DNA of 62,237 bases from a virus (IMGVR_UViG_3300016665_000348:1-62237), one strand, 5' to 3'; positions 1 to 10,861 are shown, counted from the first letter of the stretch. Numbers and translations are program-made. Notes: generated by a model not told the origin, from the sequence alone.

Positions 1-329
1 CTTCGGAAAGTGCCGAAATGTGGTTGTGAGTTTTGAGTCAAACCATGCAAAAGGTCATGCCCCGGGCCGGTTGTAAAGAATGTTTTATCTGGGGCATAAC
101 CCAAGATATTTACTGTAAGTTTCCCGTTTGCCCATTTAGTTGTTCTGTTATTAACAAATTCAATTTCAATAGCTTGATGACGCGGAAACAAACCTTCTTT
201 CAAGCCTTGATTGTAAGCAAGAACGAATGCATAAGTCCCAAGCCATGTTCTTGGGATTCTTCTTGCATCCACTTCTTGCAAAATTGCTCTTGTGATCATC
301 TCGTTTAGCTGTTTAACTGTTATTCTCAT
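1..329 (-). CDS. Hypothetical protein, partial (runs off the window edge), with helical leader MRITVKQLNEMITRAILQE
   Basis: Manually translated from ATG at 329 with no stop before position 1; not in the ORF track. Leader resembles those of 869-1222 and 1241-1597. Confidence 0.7.
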   Translation of the reverse strand, partial: MRITVKQLNEMITRAILQEVDARRIPRTWLGTYAFVLAYNQGLKEGLFPRHQAIEIEFVNNRTTKWANGKLTVNILGYAPDKTFFTTGPGHDLLHGLTQNSQPHFGTFR

Positions 330-334
330 GGCAT

Positions 335-868
335 TCACAACTTTCCTATGTAATCCAAACCCATGTATCCAAGTTCAAAACCTCGGATTTCGCCAGTTTT
401 TATCTTGGTTCTAAAATCTCTAAGTGGCATTTTGAGGACTGTGACAAATTCATTGGGATCAAGGTTTTGTTTTGATGCTCTTTGAGCATTGATTACCAAG
501 AGGCAATGCCTGGTTCCAGTAGAGTATGGCGAGTAAGGTAATCCTCCAAGATAAGAGGCATCGCCAACATACCCTGTTTCTTCTTCTAGCTCTCTGATCC
601 CAGCCCCCAAAGGATCTTCCCCTTCTTCTAGTCCGCCACCAGGGAGCTCAAGAGAGAGTTCTTCTGGGCCTGCTCTGTATTGTTGAACCAGAACCACATC
701 TCCTTCTTTGGTAATACAAAGAACTTGAACTGAGTCTTTGTCTTTATCAATGAAAAAAGTTTCTTCTAGGCCATTGGGTAGTTGAAACTTCTTAACAGCT
801 ATTCTTTTGTGATAGCCATCTGGGTTGATAAGTTTTAAAACCTTTTCAGCTATCTTTTTAAACATCAA
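335..868 (-). CDS. NUDIX hydrolase (ADP-ribose pyrophosphatase-like)
   Basis: Nudix box GGLEEGEDPLGAGIRELEEETG, plus QQYR and ELPGG motifs typical of the NudF/ADPRase subfamily. Confidence 0.9.
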   Translation of the reverse strand: MMFKKIAEKVLKLINPDGYHKRIAVKKFQLPNGLEETFFIDKDKDSVQVLCITKEGDVVLVQQYRAGPEELSLELPGGGLEEGEDPLGAGIRELEEETGYVGDASYLGGLPYSPYSTGTRHCLLVINAQRASKQNLDPNEFVTVLKMPLRDFRTKIKTGEIRGFELGYMGLDYIGKL

Positions 869-1222
869 TCAACCCTGCCTGGAAAGAGCCACTAGACTGC
901 CAGTGATCATTCTCGCTTTCATCACAACAGCGGCACTCTCAGGTGCTTGAGAAAGTTGTTTCAACTCTTCAACTTTCCTTTTTGCGTTTTCTGTTTTCTG
1001 TGGGTCGCCTTTTGCTTGAATCTTTTGCAAAGCTATTGTTGCTGCTTGGATCATTTGACCAAAGGCTGGTGAACCAGAACCTTTTTTCATCATGTTCTGT
1101 CTAACAGCATCGTCTTCTCTTCTTGACTGAAGCCAGTCAAAATCTCCACGATCCAATCCTTCGATTGTCTTTTGAACGCTTTCACGAATCATTGCCTCAA
1201 GTTGCTTCTTTGTTGTTTTCAT
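869..1222 (-). CDS. Hypothetical protein, putative virion internal protein
   Basis: 117-aa ORF abutting its neighbours; N-terminus MKTTKKQLEAMIRE. Confidence 0.7.
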   Translation of the reverse strand: MKTTKKQLEAMIRESVQKTIEGLDRGDFDWLQSRREDDAVRQNMMKKGSGSPAFGQMIQAATIALQKIQAKGDPQKTENAKRKVEELKQLSQAPESAAVVMKARMITGSLVALSRQG

Positions 1223-1240
1223 CGTACACCACTTTCTTGG

Positions 1241-1597
1241 TTAAAGCTTTTTAGGTAAATAATAGTCTCTCGTGAACTCAAGGTCATCAAGAGAAGAAAG
1301 CTTGTTCACTAAATCCATCATCAAACCTTCGAGGCTTTGATCTTTTCTCTTGAATCCATATACAGCTTTGTCATATCTGACAGGACCAACACCAAGCGTC
1401 TCTCGTTCAAGAGGATAGCCATCTCCAACATCCAGAGTTCCAACAAGGCCATCCGGGTTATCCAAGAGTTTGTTGTCCAGCTTGGTTTTGTCGTTGTTCT
1501 TGATGTGTTGAAAGAATGCGGACTTGATGCTCTTGGTTAGAGATCGTGTAACTGATTCATTGATCAGGTGTCGTAGTTCTTTGAGAGTGGTTCTCAT
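1241..1597 (-). CDS. Hypothetical protein, putative virion internal protein
   Basis: Start reassigned to ATG at 1597 (MRTTLKELRHLINE), 8 nt downstream of a TATTTA motif. Confidence 0.7.
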   Translation of the reverse strand: MRTTLKELRHLINESVTRSLTKSIKSAFFQHIKNNDKTKLDNKLLDNPDGLVGTLDVGDGYPLERETLGVGPVRYDKAVYGFKRKDQSLEGLMMDLVNKLSSLDDLEFTRDYYLPKKL

Positions 1598-1604
1598 AAC
1601 AAGC

Positions 1605-2444
1605 CTAAATAGGCTTCGTCCAACCTTTGTAGGAAAGCCATTTTCCTTTTGCCACATTACACAGACCAGAAGGTTGAAGACTGTGTTCCAAACAGAACTT
1701 GCTCATGTTTGTGAATGTAACGGTTTCACCCGTTGGCGATAGAAGAGTGTATGTTTTAGCCATCCTGGCTTTCATACGTTCAGAAGCTTCAAACTTTCGA
1801 TTCGGATCAAGTTTCCAAGCTGTTCTCCTGGCTTCTGACTGTTTAATCCGATGTTCTTCGTTTTCCCAAAACATGCGACTGTTTTTGCTTACTTTTTGTT
1901 TGAACTCTTCACTCTGGTAAGTTGTTTTAGCCTTTTCTTGAAACTCTGGGTTCTGCCACTTTGCTTTGGTTGCTTCACTCAACTTTTGGCGATATTCGTC
2001 TGTTTGACAGAACTCTCGAATCTTCTCTTCGTGTTTGGTTCTATATTCAGGATCTTGCCAGAGTTCTTTGGTTCGTTGAGATTGAGTTTTCCGAAGTTCT
2101 TCAATGGAATTTGACTCCATAACCAAGGCATCTTTGCGATGGTTGTAGCACTGTTCTTGTTTGTCGTGAAACTGATCAATCCAGAACTGTTCTCGAACTC
2201 TTCGTTCTTCTTGAGTTCCTTCTGTCAATTCCAGAACATGAAACTCAAACATCTCTTCTCCGCACCTGTTGAAGTCGTTTTGAAGGTATTTGTTGGAATG
2301 TTTACCAGAACGAAGATGGCGTGCATGAGATTGCCATCTTGATTTGAACTCTTTTGCACTACCAATGTAGATGCGAGAATTTAGATTGTTGACAAGTTTG
2401 TAAATGCCAGATTTGAGTGAATTACCTTGATAGTTGAATTGCAT
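1605..2444 (-). CDS. GIY-YIG homing endonuclease with NUMOD-like helical repeats
   Basis: SGIYKLVN...IYIGSAKEFKSRW motif; repeated W-x-x-P-E-[YF] segments; AGGAG upstream of ATG at 2444. Confidence 0.9.
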   Translation of the reverse strand: MQFNYQGNSLKSGIYKLVNNLNSRIYIGSAKEFKSRWQSHARHLRSGKHSNKYLQNDFNRCGEEMFEFHVLELTEGTQEERRVREQFWIDQFHDKQEQCYNHRKDALVMESNSIEELRKTQSQRTKELWQDPEYRTKHEEKIREFCQTDEYRQKLSEATKAKWQNPEFQEKAKTTYQSEEFKQKVSKNSRMFWENEEHRIKQSEARRTAWKLDPNRKFEASERMKARMAKTYTLLSPTGETVTFTNMSKFCLEHSLQPSGLCNVAKGKWLSYKGWTKPI

Positions 2445-2487
2445 GTGTATCTCCTGGTTGAAGCATATCACATAGAGGGGATGTTGC

Positions 2488-2754
2488 TTAAAGGGGCCAA
2501 GGTTTGCCGGTTATTTTCTTAAACTCGGCGGCGGTTAAGTTCTTCAGCCGCATCTTTTCAATAACCGTTTCAATAGTTGCGCCTTCACGTTTGATTTCAT
2601 CTTGAAACTCTTTTGAAGCCATAACGGCATCAGAGATTGCTTTTACTTGTTCAGGTGTTGCTTTTAGCTTGACAATGGATTTGGCTCCATTGAGATAAGC
2701 AACGAGGGATGCAAAAAAGAGTTTTCCGGTTGCTGAGAGTTTGTAATTGCTCAT
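2488..2754 (-). CDS. Hypothetical protein divergent from the tape measure gene
   Basis: ATG at 2754 (MSNYKLSATG...GKPWPL); shares a palindromic TAATTA at 2775-2780 with the tape measure gene. Confidence 0.7.
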   Translation of the reverse strand: MSNYKLSATGKLFFASLVAYLNGAKSIVKLKATPEQVKAISDAVMASKEFQDEIKREGATIETVIEKMRLKNLTAAEFKKITGKPWPL

Positions 2755-2796
2755 GCGAACTTCCAATCTTGGTGTAATTATCACTTGAAAATACAG

Positions 2797-5700
2797 ATGG
2801 CAACCAATCTCGACCTTCAATCTCAATTAAACCAACTTCTTTCTGACCAAAACAAACTTTTGGAAGAAAGCGCAAAGCTGGCAAAAGATCAGGCATCTCT
2901 GACAAGAGATATGGTCAACACGTTGCGTACTGCCAACTTCAAGGATGTTGCAACAGACATTCAAAGCGCCTCAAATGCAGTATCCGAAGCAGCAAATGCC
3001 ACCAAGGGGCTGGGTGCAACCAATCAAGATGTTTTTAACCAGATGAACGATGCTTTGAAAGAAGCAATTAAAAAAGAGTCGGACACTGGAAAGGGGATTG
3101 ACAACCTAACCAAAAAAGTCAAAAGATTTTCTGTTGCTGCCGCTTCTCTTGATGGTTTTGTGCAGGGTTTGAAGATGACGGCAAACATGTTTCACACGCT
3201 TATGAACCTTGGTGGTGGCGTAGTTGAAACCTTGGCAAACCTGGGTGCTTCGATCATAGCAATCCCATTTAAGATGCTTACTGGACTGATCAACATGGCC
3301 GATGCTGGTGGTGGGGATTCAGGTCTTCGACAAGCACTTGAAGACATTAGAAAGGAGTTTGGTGCTCTACACGCAACATCTGGTCAAGCTATCATTTCGA
3401 TGGCTAGAAACCTTAAAGGCGAACTAGCTCAAACAGGTCTTTCTGTTTATAGAATTTTTGGTAATCTTGCCGAACGACTAAAGTTCATGCAGGAATATGC
3501 CCATAATCTCGGACCTTTGTTTGCTGCCTTGGCAGGTCAGTTTGTCAAAAACGCCGAAGCTGTTGGAGCTTACTACAAAGGGCTTGGTTTAACTGAGGAA
3601 GGACAGAAAGCTGTCGCTACCAGGGCTCATGCTCTTCAAACGGCTTTAACAGATGAGTTGCGAGAGATAGCAAACTATTCTTTGCAGTTGAGTAAGGCTT
3701 TTAACGGAGCCGCGGGATCAGCCAAAGAGATATCTCGTGACATGGCTACTTTGATGGCTGACTTTAAACACTTTGGAGGCATCTCAACTAAGGAGATCGG
3801 ACAAGCCGTTGTCTACTTCAGGCGTTTGGGTATTGAAGTTTCTAAAGTCATGGGCGTGATTGACAAGTATGACAACTTTGAAGATGCCGCTCAAGGTGCG
3901 GCCCATCTTTCTCAGGCGTTCAACTTGAATGTTGATGCTTTAGAGATGATGAAGGCGCAAAACCCGGCAGAACGAGTTGAGATGCTTCGAAAGTCATTCT
4001 TTGCTGCTGGTAGATCTGTTGAGAACATGACTCGTCAAGAAAGAGCTTTGTTGGCTCAACAAACGGGTCTTGATGATTCTGCTTTGGACCTTGCGTTCTC
4101 CATGAAGAACCAAGGAATGACATATGACCAAGTAACCAGAAAAGCCGAAGCGGCAAAAAAGACACAGATGACTCAAGTGCAAGCGATGAAAGCATTGGCT
4201 GATGCAATTGAGCGAATGGTGAAGTCCGGCAGTAGCGGTAGTGGTGGCTTTATTGATCGGTTCATCCAAGGATTCACTGTGGGTATTCAAAGGAGTCGTG
4301 AGTTCCGACACATGATGCGAGAACTAAGGGTGGACTTGCGAATAGCCTATCGTGAAGGAATAAGAGTTGGTCGAGCGTTTGTGGACATGTTCCCAGGCGT
4401 AAAGGATGTCTTTCAGGGCATTGCAGATCTTTTTGAACGCAGGAAGTTTGGAAAGATGTTCAGAGGGGCTGCTGCTGCATTTCGTGAGTTTTTTGACATG
4501 ATGACAAGAAACCCGCAAACAGCTTTGCCGCAGTTGCTTGAAAACCTTAAGAGGAACTTTTTCTCCTGGTTTCAAAGCAACTCCCAGAACGGTCAAAGGG
4601 TTCTCAATGGTTTCAGAACCTTTTTCACAGCAATTAGTGAAATAACAGGGCCTATTCTAAGAGTTGCCATGACAAAGCTTCGTGAGGGGATTATGTTCAT
4701 CACGGATTTGGTTGCTGGCCGACAACAACTAAACGCTGGTGGAATGCTAAACAACCTTGGTTTTCTTGGACCTTTGATTCATCCGATTTATGATGCTATC
4801 ACAGAACTAGGGCCTTCTCTGTGGGATGCCGTTAAAAACCTGTTCCAAGAGTTGCGAGTAAAAGCAGAGCCATGGATTCGTTCAAAACTTCTTGAGATTG
4901 TTGCAGTTCTGGCAGGGCCAGCGTTTGTTGGAATGATTGGCAGAGGAATTGCCACGACATTTGCAAACGTCTTTGCACAAGGATTGTTGCAATATGCTAG
5001 TGGAGGAGGTTTGGCTAAGGCAGTAGAGGCGGTGAAGGGTAGATTCACAGAACAAGCCAATACGGCTTCTAGGGCAATGGCATCCGTTCCAAACATGCCA
5101 TCAGGGGCTGGTATGGGAGAAGGACCAGCGGCGGGTATCAGGGCCGCAGAACAAGCAGCACAGGCTGCTACTGGAAGCAGGGTCAATTGGGGTCAAGCTC
5201 TTCTGAAGATGGCTGCGATCACTGTGTTTATCACAGTTGGATTGATTGGTGTTATGTACGCTATCTTCCAGTTTGCTAAAGCAATACAGGAAAACCATAT
5301 CACTCCTGCATCTATAGCAACTGCTGCTGGTGCAATGATTGCTGCTGCCGGGGCTCTTGTTGCAATCGCTGGTTCTGTGAAACTGCTATCAGCAATTGAT
5401 CTAAACCCTGGGATGGCTGGCAGAATTCTTGGCGGATTGGCTATTGTTGGTTTGGTTGCTGCTGGAATGGCTTGGGGTGCCAAGAAAATCATTGATTCTT
5501 TCAAAGACGTGCCTGCTGCTAGCCTTGCTAAAGCTTCTGTTGTCATGACAGCAACGGGAGCATTCTTCTTGGCTGCTGCTGGTGTAACAGCAATTGCTGC
5601 TGGTGTAGGCGCAATTGCTGTGGCTGGAAGCGGTTTGGGTGCCCTGGCAATTGCTGCTGGTCTGGGTGTTATTGCTTTGACCGTCGAAGCAATGTCTGCT

Positions 5701-7281
5701 CAGGGTCTTAGGATCATGGAAGCAATCAACAAATTCAACCCACGCCCAGGGTTTGCAGAGAAAGCAAGAATCTTTGTTGATATCATGAAGGGTGTTGGTT
5801 CTTTTGCAGGTTCTATGGCACAGTTGATCGCAGGGACACGCCCAGGCATTCTAAGCTTCATCCATGGAGAACGCGAACAAAGAGAAACCCTCGAAGCCGT
5901 GAACAGAACACTGACTGCTATTGGTGATCAGATGGTTCGCATCATAGATGCGCTCACAAACTTCATTGGAAGGCTACAAGGGAGCGAGACGCAACTTAGG
6001 TCGGCACAGATGCTTGGGACGCTTCTAGGGGCCGTAGCAGAGCTTGGGAATGCACTTAAGCCACCAACTGAAGCACTTCGTGAATCTGGTTGGTACACAA
6101 CACTTACAGGTGGCGGTGAGGATATTGCAGCAAAGATCTCCGCAACCAACGATTTCATTCAGGTAGTCGGTCTTCAACTTAGAATGTTTCTGTCAACCAT
6201 CTCGAACATGTTTCGAGGCCAAGGTGCATTTGCAAATGGAATGACAGCGGAACAAGAGCGTGCTGCAACTGTTATTCCTGGGATGCTTAAAGGAATTGCG
6301 GATTTTGCAAACTCTTTGCGTGCAGGCTCCTCTGCCATTCTACAACTAGCAACCGGGGGAAACCAAGAGGCTGTGCTTACAACGGTGTCTTTCTACATGT
6401 CCTCTTTGTTGAAAAGTCTTTCGTCTTCTGAGTTGTTTGCAAAAATCGGTCAAGTGGTTACATCAATTGCAACCAGCATTGGCTCTCTAAATGCAGAACA
6501 GGTAAAGGCAGTTCAGGCCATTGCACCAATCATAGGCCCAGCCTTTACGCTGATTTCGCAAATTGGCACAATGATAACTGCAATGTCTGTGCCAAGCAGA
6601 GGCCCCGCAGAATCAAATGCTAATGCAATCATTCAACTAACAACGCTAGTAACAACCTTCTTTGATCGTGTTAAAAACGACTTGCCAGCAATGATCACAG
6701 GAATGCGAGCAGCATTTGCTGGGATCTCTGTTGCAGAAGCAAATAGAATTGCTTCTGGTATGGAAGGTCTTTCAAAGATGTTTCAGGTGATAACCAGTTT
6801 TCCTTCTTTGATGAGAAGCGTTAATGAGGTTGGGGGAGTTGAAGGATTTGATCGTTCTTTCTTGATCATCAGCGGGATGATTGCAACCATGGCAAACCGT
6901 TTGAATCCAAGCAATCCACAGAGTTTCACCAGATTTGTGTCGATCCTCAGTCCGATGGTCAACCAGCTTACGACCGAGATTCAGAAAGGTCACTACGAGA
7001 GAGTTGGTCAAGTTGTAACGGGAATGGTTCAGGAAGTCAACAATCTTGCAACAACTCTCAACAACATCCATCCAATCAACATTGAAACAGGCTTGCAGAA
7101 GTTGGGAGACAGTATTGGTTTGGGAGCTAAAGGCGAGTACACCATTAACAACAGAAACTTTACCATCAACGTAAACTTTGCTGTTAAGATTGACAACAAC
7201 GGTTTGGATGCGTTTGAACTTGCAATGCTTCGTAGAATTGGACCAAACCAGACTAGAATTTCATACAGAGATTTGACATAA
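2797..7281 (+). CDS. Tail tape measure protein
   Basis: About 1490 aa, Ala/Gly-rich and helical, with a long hydrophobic segment in the middle third; lies upstream of baseplate-like genes. Confidence 0.8.
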   Translation: MATNLDLQSQLNQLLSDQNKLLEESAKLAKDQASLTRDMVNTLRTANFKDVATDIQSASNAVSEAANATKGLGATNQDVFNQMNDALKEAIKKESDTGKGIDNLTKKVKRFSVAAASLDGFVQGLKMTANMFHTLMNLGGGVVETLANLGASIIAIPFKMLTGLINMADAGGGDSGLRQALEDIRKEFGALHATSGQAIISMARNLKGELAQTGLSVYRIFGNLAERLKFMQEYAHNLGPLFAALAGQFVKNAEAVGAYYKGLGLTEEGQKAVATRAHALQTALTDELREIANYSLQLSKAFNGAAGSAKEISRDMATLMADFKHFGGISTKEIGQAVVYFRRLGIEVSKVMGVIDKYDNFEDAAQGAAHLSQAFNLNVDALEMMKAQNPAERVEMLRKSFFAAGRSVENMTRQERALLAQQTGLDDSALDLAFSMKNQGMTYDQVTRKAEAAKKTQMTQVQAMKALADAIERMVKSGSSGSGGFIDRFIQGFTVGIQRSREFRHMMRELRVDLRIAYREGIRVGRAFVDMFPGVKDVFQGIADLFERRKFGKMFRGAAAAFREFFDMMTRNPQTALPQLLENLKRNFFSWFQSNSQNGQRVLNGFRTFFTAISEITGPILRVAMTKLREGIMFITDLVAGRQQLNAGGMLNNLGFLGPLIHPIYDAITELGPSLWDAVKNLFQELRVKAEPWIRSKLLEIVAVLAGPAFVGMIGRGIATTFANVFAQGLLQYASGGGLAKAVEAVKGRFTEQANTASRAMASVPNMPSGAGMGEGPAAGIRAAEQAAQAATGSRVNWGQALLKMAAITVFITVGLIGVMYAIFQFAKAIQENHITPASIATAAGAMIAAAGALVAIAGSVKLLSAIDLNPGMAGRILGGLAIVGLVAAGMAWGAKKIIDSFKDVPAASLAKASVVMTATGAFFLAAAGVTAIAAGVGAIAVAGSGLGALAIAAGLGVIALTVEAMSAQGLRIMEAINKFNPRPGFAEKARIFVDIMKGVGSFAGSMAQLIAGTRPGILSFIHGEREQRETLEAVNRTLTAIGDQMVRIIDALTNFIGRLQGSETQLRSAQMLGTLLGAVAELGNALKPPTEALRESGWYTTLTGGGEDIAAKISATNDFIQVVGLQLRMFLSTISNMFRGQGAFANGMTAEQERAATVIPGMLKGIADFANSLRAGSSAILQLATGGNQEAVLTTVSFYMSSLLKSLSSSELFAKIGQVVTSIATSIGSLNAEQVKAVQAIAPIIGPAFTLISQIGTMITAMSVPSRGPAESNANAIIQLTTLVTTFFDRVKNDLPAMITGMRAAFAGISVAEANRIASGMEGLSKMFQVITSFPSLMRSVNEVGGVEGFDRSFLIISGMIATMANRLNPSNPQSFTRFVSILSPMVNQLTTEIQKGHYERVGQVVTGMVQEVNNLATTLNNIHPINIETGLQKLGDSIGLGAKGEYTINNRNFTINVNFAVKIDNNGLDAFELAMLRRIGPNQTRISYRDLT

Positions 7282-7288
7282 TTAAAGC

Positions 7289-7447
7289 ATGAACTATGAA
7301 GACCTGTTAAAACAGCAGAAGTTCCAAGAGATCTTGGATAGAATACCAGAGAACGAACGCGAAGATGTTCAAAAAGCCATCAGGGCTCTGGTAGAAGATT
7401 TCAACGACAAGATCTTGAAACCGCTTGCTTCTGTCAATAGAAGATAA
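7289..7447 (+). CDS. Small hypothetical protein (52 aa)
   Basis: Manual translation MNYEDLLKQQKFQEILDRIPENEREDVQKAIRALVEDFNDKILKPLASVNRR; fills the gap between genes; TAATTA just upstream. Confidence 0.7.
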   Translation: MNYEDLLKQQKFQEILDRIPENEREDVQKAIRALVEDFNDKILKPLASVNRR

Positions 7448-7480
7448 GATCGGAAATGACAGCGGTGGATAGTTACACAC

Positions 7481-10400
7481 ATGCCACGCACTTCTCGTCG
7501 TATTTCTGACCTCATTCGCAATGTCGGAACTGAACGCCTGATTCCATTGTTGGAAACTTCAGGCCCGCTCAACACCATTGATATTGGTCGTGATGACTTG
7601 AAACCTGAGATTATCTCAAGATTGTCAAGTCATGCCAGTGATCTAACAGTTGCCGCACAAAACGAGTATCCTCTAAACAACATTCCAACCAGATCAAATA
7701 CCCAAGATGCGCTTGGAAATCCAAGTGGAATTCGAGATCCCGGTGAAAATGGGCAAGCGCATTACAGCGCAATGTTCAATCAGCCTTCTTTTTCGGGAGT
7801 TTCTGCAAAACAAGAGTTTGATCAAACATCAAACAGTGGGCTGTTGGACGTTGATAGCACTAGTGGCGGTAAGTTTCAAATCAAAAAAGGACGTTCTTCT
7901 TTTGATGCGCCGACCGGCACCGAGATCTTTCAAGAGGTAAATGAGCAAGGGGACAAAGCGCCTTTTGCTAAAAGAGTTAAACAGGTGTTGTTTGACAACA
8001 ACCGTTTTACTATTGGTAAAACCTTTGTTCCAAGAACAGGTTTGGAACAAGCTGATGGAGTTTCTATTCAAACTCCTGGTTCTTCTGGTGCTGGTTCTGT
8101 TGCCGAAGACGATTCCAACATTGGAGTTGCGTACTCTCAGTTGGAATTCGGAAAACATGGTCCAAGAAAGTTTCCAAGGGCAACAGGTGACACATCCGTT
8201 CTTCTTAAGATCAAAGACCTTAAAAAGATTGGCTTGATCACAATGTTGGAGGCGTCAGGAGAATACTATATTCCCACGGACCCCACAAACGTTGGTCAAC
8301 AGATTACAGCCAGAGGAGCAGCATTTGCTCCTGGGTTGGCAAGGCTTGGTCAGAAAATCAGTTTTAGCAAACTTAGTCCAATCAGGATCATGAAGAACAT
8401 CAATCCTGACTTTGAAAAACCAAACCTGGATGACAACATTAAAAAAGGTGATGTTTTAACCTATGGAAACGTTAACAACTGGATGGTTCCATTTTCCGGG
8501 TTGAGCTCTACAGCCTCTATCGCAAGTGCTGCCCTTTTGGCATTTACCATTGGCGGCCTGTTGAAAGCTGCCGCTTTGTTGGTGGCTCCTAGAGAACCAT
8601 CATCTTCAATACAACCAGGAGCCAATCTTTCAAGAGATGATCGACGCAGAAGAATTGGATCTTTTCTTGGAAAGGAAGATCAAGTCTCAGCTTATCGGAA
8701 TGCAACGTATGTTATACGAGCGTTTCCGACAAAAAACGACTACTTCCAGTGTGTTTCTAGAGGCATTGACATCTTTTTCGGCCTTTCTGACATCAGGGCA
8801 GAAACACTTGAGTTACTTCAGAACCATGGCTACTACAACACGGTTTTAAGATCTTTGATCCGTGGTACTCGCGACATGGTTATGCAAATGGCTGGGGGAG
8901 TTGCTAATGTTGAAGGCGTAACCAGCATCAACGATGTTGGTTTGCTTGGAAATCCTGTTGGCCCAATTGAAATCATTCAGAAAATCAACGAGTCTCAACT
9001 GTTGAAGTTTTGTAACATTCTTGCATCAATAGGAGACATCGCACTGTCTCATGAACTGGATGGGTTTGTTATTGGCAGTAACGGAGGAATCTCTGAATTC
9101 ATTTCAGATATTGACTTGATTGTTGCCGAAGCTGATGTGGGGCCAAAAAGAGAGATAAGTTTGAACCCAGCAGTTCTTCAGTCTGTTGATAGACTGCCTT
9201 CCCAATACAGGAATGCTTTGGCTTGGGGCTCCAACACCGTTAAGTCTATGTACATGATTCCAAATGGAATCTCAAGGGCTGAGATGAACTATCTTGGGGC
9301 TTCTAATCAAAGCGGCAATCCCTCGGAGATTCTTGCAGCAGATCTTACTGGCAACAAGCTTCATGAGATTAAAGGACCGGACAAACTAGATGGCAACAGA
9401 ATCAGCGCAGAAGATGTTAAAGCAATGGAAGCCTATCTTGATGCTGACTACATGCCATTTTATTTTCATGACCTAAGAACCAATGAGATCATTGCCTTTC
9501 ACGCTTTTCTGGAAGACATGAGTGACAGTTTTGATGTTGATCTTACAGAGGTTGAGGGTTACGGAAGGATTGGTTCTGCTTCCATTTACAAAAACACAAA
9601 ACGCAACATCTCTTTGAGTTTTAGAGTGGTATCGACAAACCACAAAGACTTTGACCACATGTGGTTTAAGATCAACAAGTTGATCACTCTCGTTTATCCA
9701 CAGTACACTGAGGGTCGCCAAGTGGGAACGGCCACAAACAAGTTCATTCAGCCATTCTCACAAGTTCCATCAGCTTCTCCTTTGATTCGTTTGCGTCTAG
9801 GAGATCTTTTCAAGAGCAACTACTCAAAGTTTGGATTGGCTAGATTGTTTGGCGTCGGCTCAAGTCAGTTCTCTTTGGAAGGTCAAGAAGCAGAGACTTC
9901 AAGAAACACAAATTTAAGAGTGGCAATAGAGAACGTGACACAAAGGATGGACAGACAGCATGTTTTTAACGTTGGCGAACACGCCTTGATCACGCCACTA
10001 CCAATGATGCGTGCTCAACGAGGAGCAGGACAACGACTGCGAGGATATCCTAGAGTTGGGAACCTTGTAGACTCGGCGGCACAGCCAGGACAAACCGCAA
10101 GGAATGGTATTGGCGGAAGACAAGGTGCTGGCGTTCAAGGTTTTATCACAACCGTGTCACAAGCGGGAGGTCAAACTGTTACACCACAGGCATCACCAGC
10201 CGGAGCTCCTTTGGAAGTAACTCATCAGATGCGAGTAAGAATAACAGGCTTCCAAGAAAGAAATGGCATTAAATACTACAGGTTTACAGTGCCGGGTGGC
10301 GGTGTGGGACAAGACGGCATCTATTCTTGTTCTGAGCTTGATCTAAGTGCAGATCCCGTTGAAATCAACAGAGTTGCAACCAATCAAACCGGCATTCAAA

Positions 10401-10861
10401 CATCAGTTTCGTCTTCAGCGCAACAAGTCAATACGCAGAATGTTGTTTCTACATTCTTCAGTCCTGCTGGGAACAATGGCAACCCCATTGTCAAAGCTTT
10501 TGAAAGCACACAAGGCAAAGGGCTGGCAGGGTTTATCAAGTCTTTGAAGTTTGATTGGAGTGAGGCTCGTTGGGAAACTGGTCGTCAAAACGCAAGAGCT
10601 CCAATGTCTGTAAAGATCTCAATAGACTTTGCACCGATCTATGATCTCAATCCTGGTTTGGATTCTAATGGTTTCACGACTGCACCTGTCTACAACGTAG
10701 GTGACACAGTTCAGAACATGACAGCAGACACTTCTGAGAGAATTCAAATAGAATCTGAGAGAATAAACATGGCAAGAGCTTTGAGACTGTCAAACACACG
10801 TTCTGGTAACGGATCGCAAAATGGCGGAAATGGTTCGGGAGCCGTAGGCGGAAAGTTTTAA
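7481..10861 (+). CDS. Putative baseplate / tail-tube-initiator-like structural protein
   Basis: 1126 aa. Segments YMPFYFHDLRTNEIIAFHAF...YGRIG...YKNTKRNISLSF...SPLIRLRLGD and GFIKSLKFDW...WE look like tube-initiator folds. Position follows the tape measure gene. Confidence 0.6.
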   Translation: MPRTSRRISDLIRNVGTERLIPLLETSGPLNTIDIGRDDLKPEIISRLSSHASDLTVAAQNEYPLNNIPTRSNTQDALGNPSGIRDPGENGQAHYSAMFNQPSFSGVSAKQEFDQTSNSGLLDVDSTSGGKFQIKKGRSSFDAPTGTEIFQEVNEQGDKAPFAKRVKQVLFDNNRFTIGKTFVPRTGLEQADGVSIQTPGSSGAGSVAEDDSNIGVAYSQLEFGKHGPRKFPRATGDTSVLLKIKDLKKIGLITMLEASGEYYIPTDPTNVGQQITARGAAFAPGLARLGQKISFSKLSPIRIMKNINPDFEKPNLDDNIKKGDVLTYGNVNNWMVPFSGLSSTASIASAALLAFTIGGLLKAAALLVAPREPSSSIQPGANLSRDDRRRRIGSFLGKEDQVSAYRNATYVIRAFPTKNDYFQCVSRGIDIFFGLSDIRAETLELLQNHGYYNTVLRSLIRGTRDMVMQMAGGVANVEGVTSINDVGLLGNPVGPIEIIQKINESQLLKFCNILASIGDIALSHELDGFVIGSNGGISEFISDIDLIVAEADVGPKREISLNPAVLQSVDRLPSQYRNALAWGSNTVKSMYMIPNGISRAEMNYLGASNQSGNPSEILAADLTGNKLHEIKGPDKLDGNRISAEDVKAMEAYLDADYMPFYFHDLRTNEIIAFHAFLEDMSDSFDVDLTEVEGYGRIGSASIYKNTKRNISLSFRVVSTNHKDFDHMWFKINKLITLVYPQYTEGRQVGTATNKFIQPFSQVPSASPLIRLRLGDLFKSNYSKFGLARLFGVGSSQFSLEGQEAETSRNTNLRVAIENVTQRMDRQHVFNVGEHALITPLPMMRAQRGAGQRLRGYPRVGNLVDSAAQPGQTARNGIGGRQGAGVQGFITTVSQAGGQTVTPQASPAGAPLEVTHQMRVRITGFQERNGIKYYRFTVPGGGVGQDGIYSCSELDLSADPVEINRVATNQTGIQTSVSSSAQQVNTQNVVSTFFSPAGNNGNPIVKAFESTQGKGLAGFIKSLKFDWSEARWETGRQNARAPMSVKISIDFAPIYDLNPGLDSNGFTTAPVYNVGDTVQNMTADTSERIQIESERINMARALRLSNTRSGNGSQNGGNGSGAVGGKF

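Noticed and set aside
33-308. Plus-strand 91-aa ORF and many other short antisense ORFs in the track
   Set aside because: They overlap better-supported genes on the opposite strand or frame and show no motifs.
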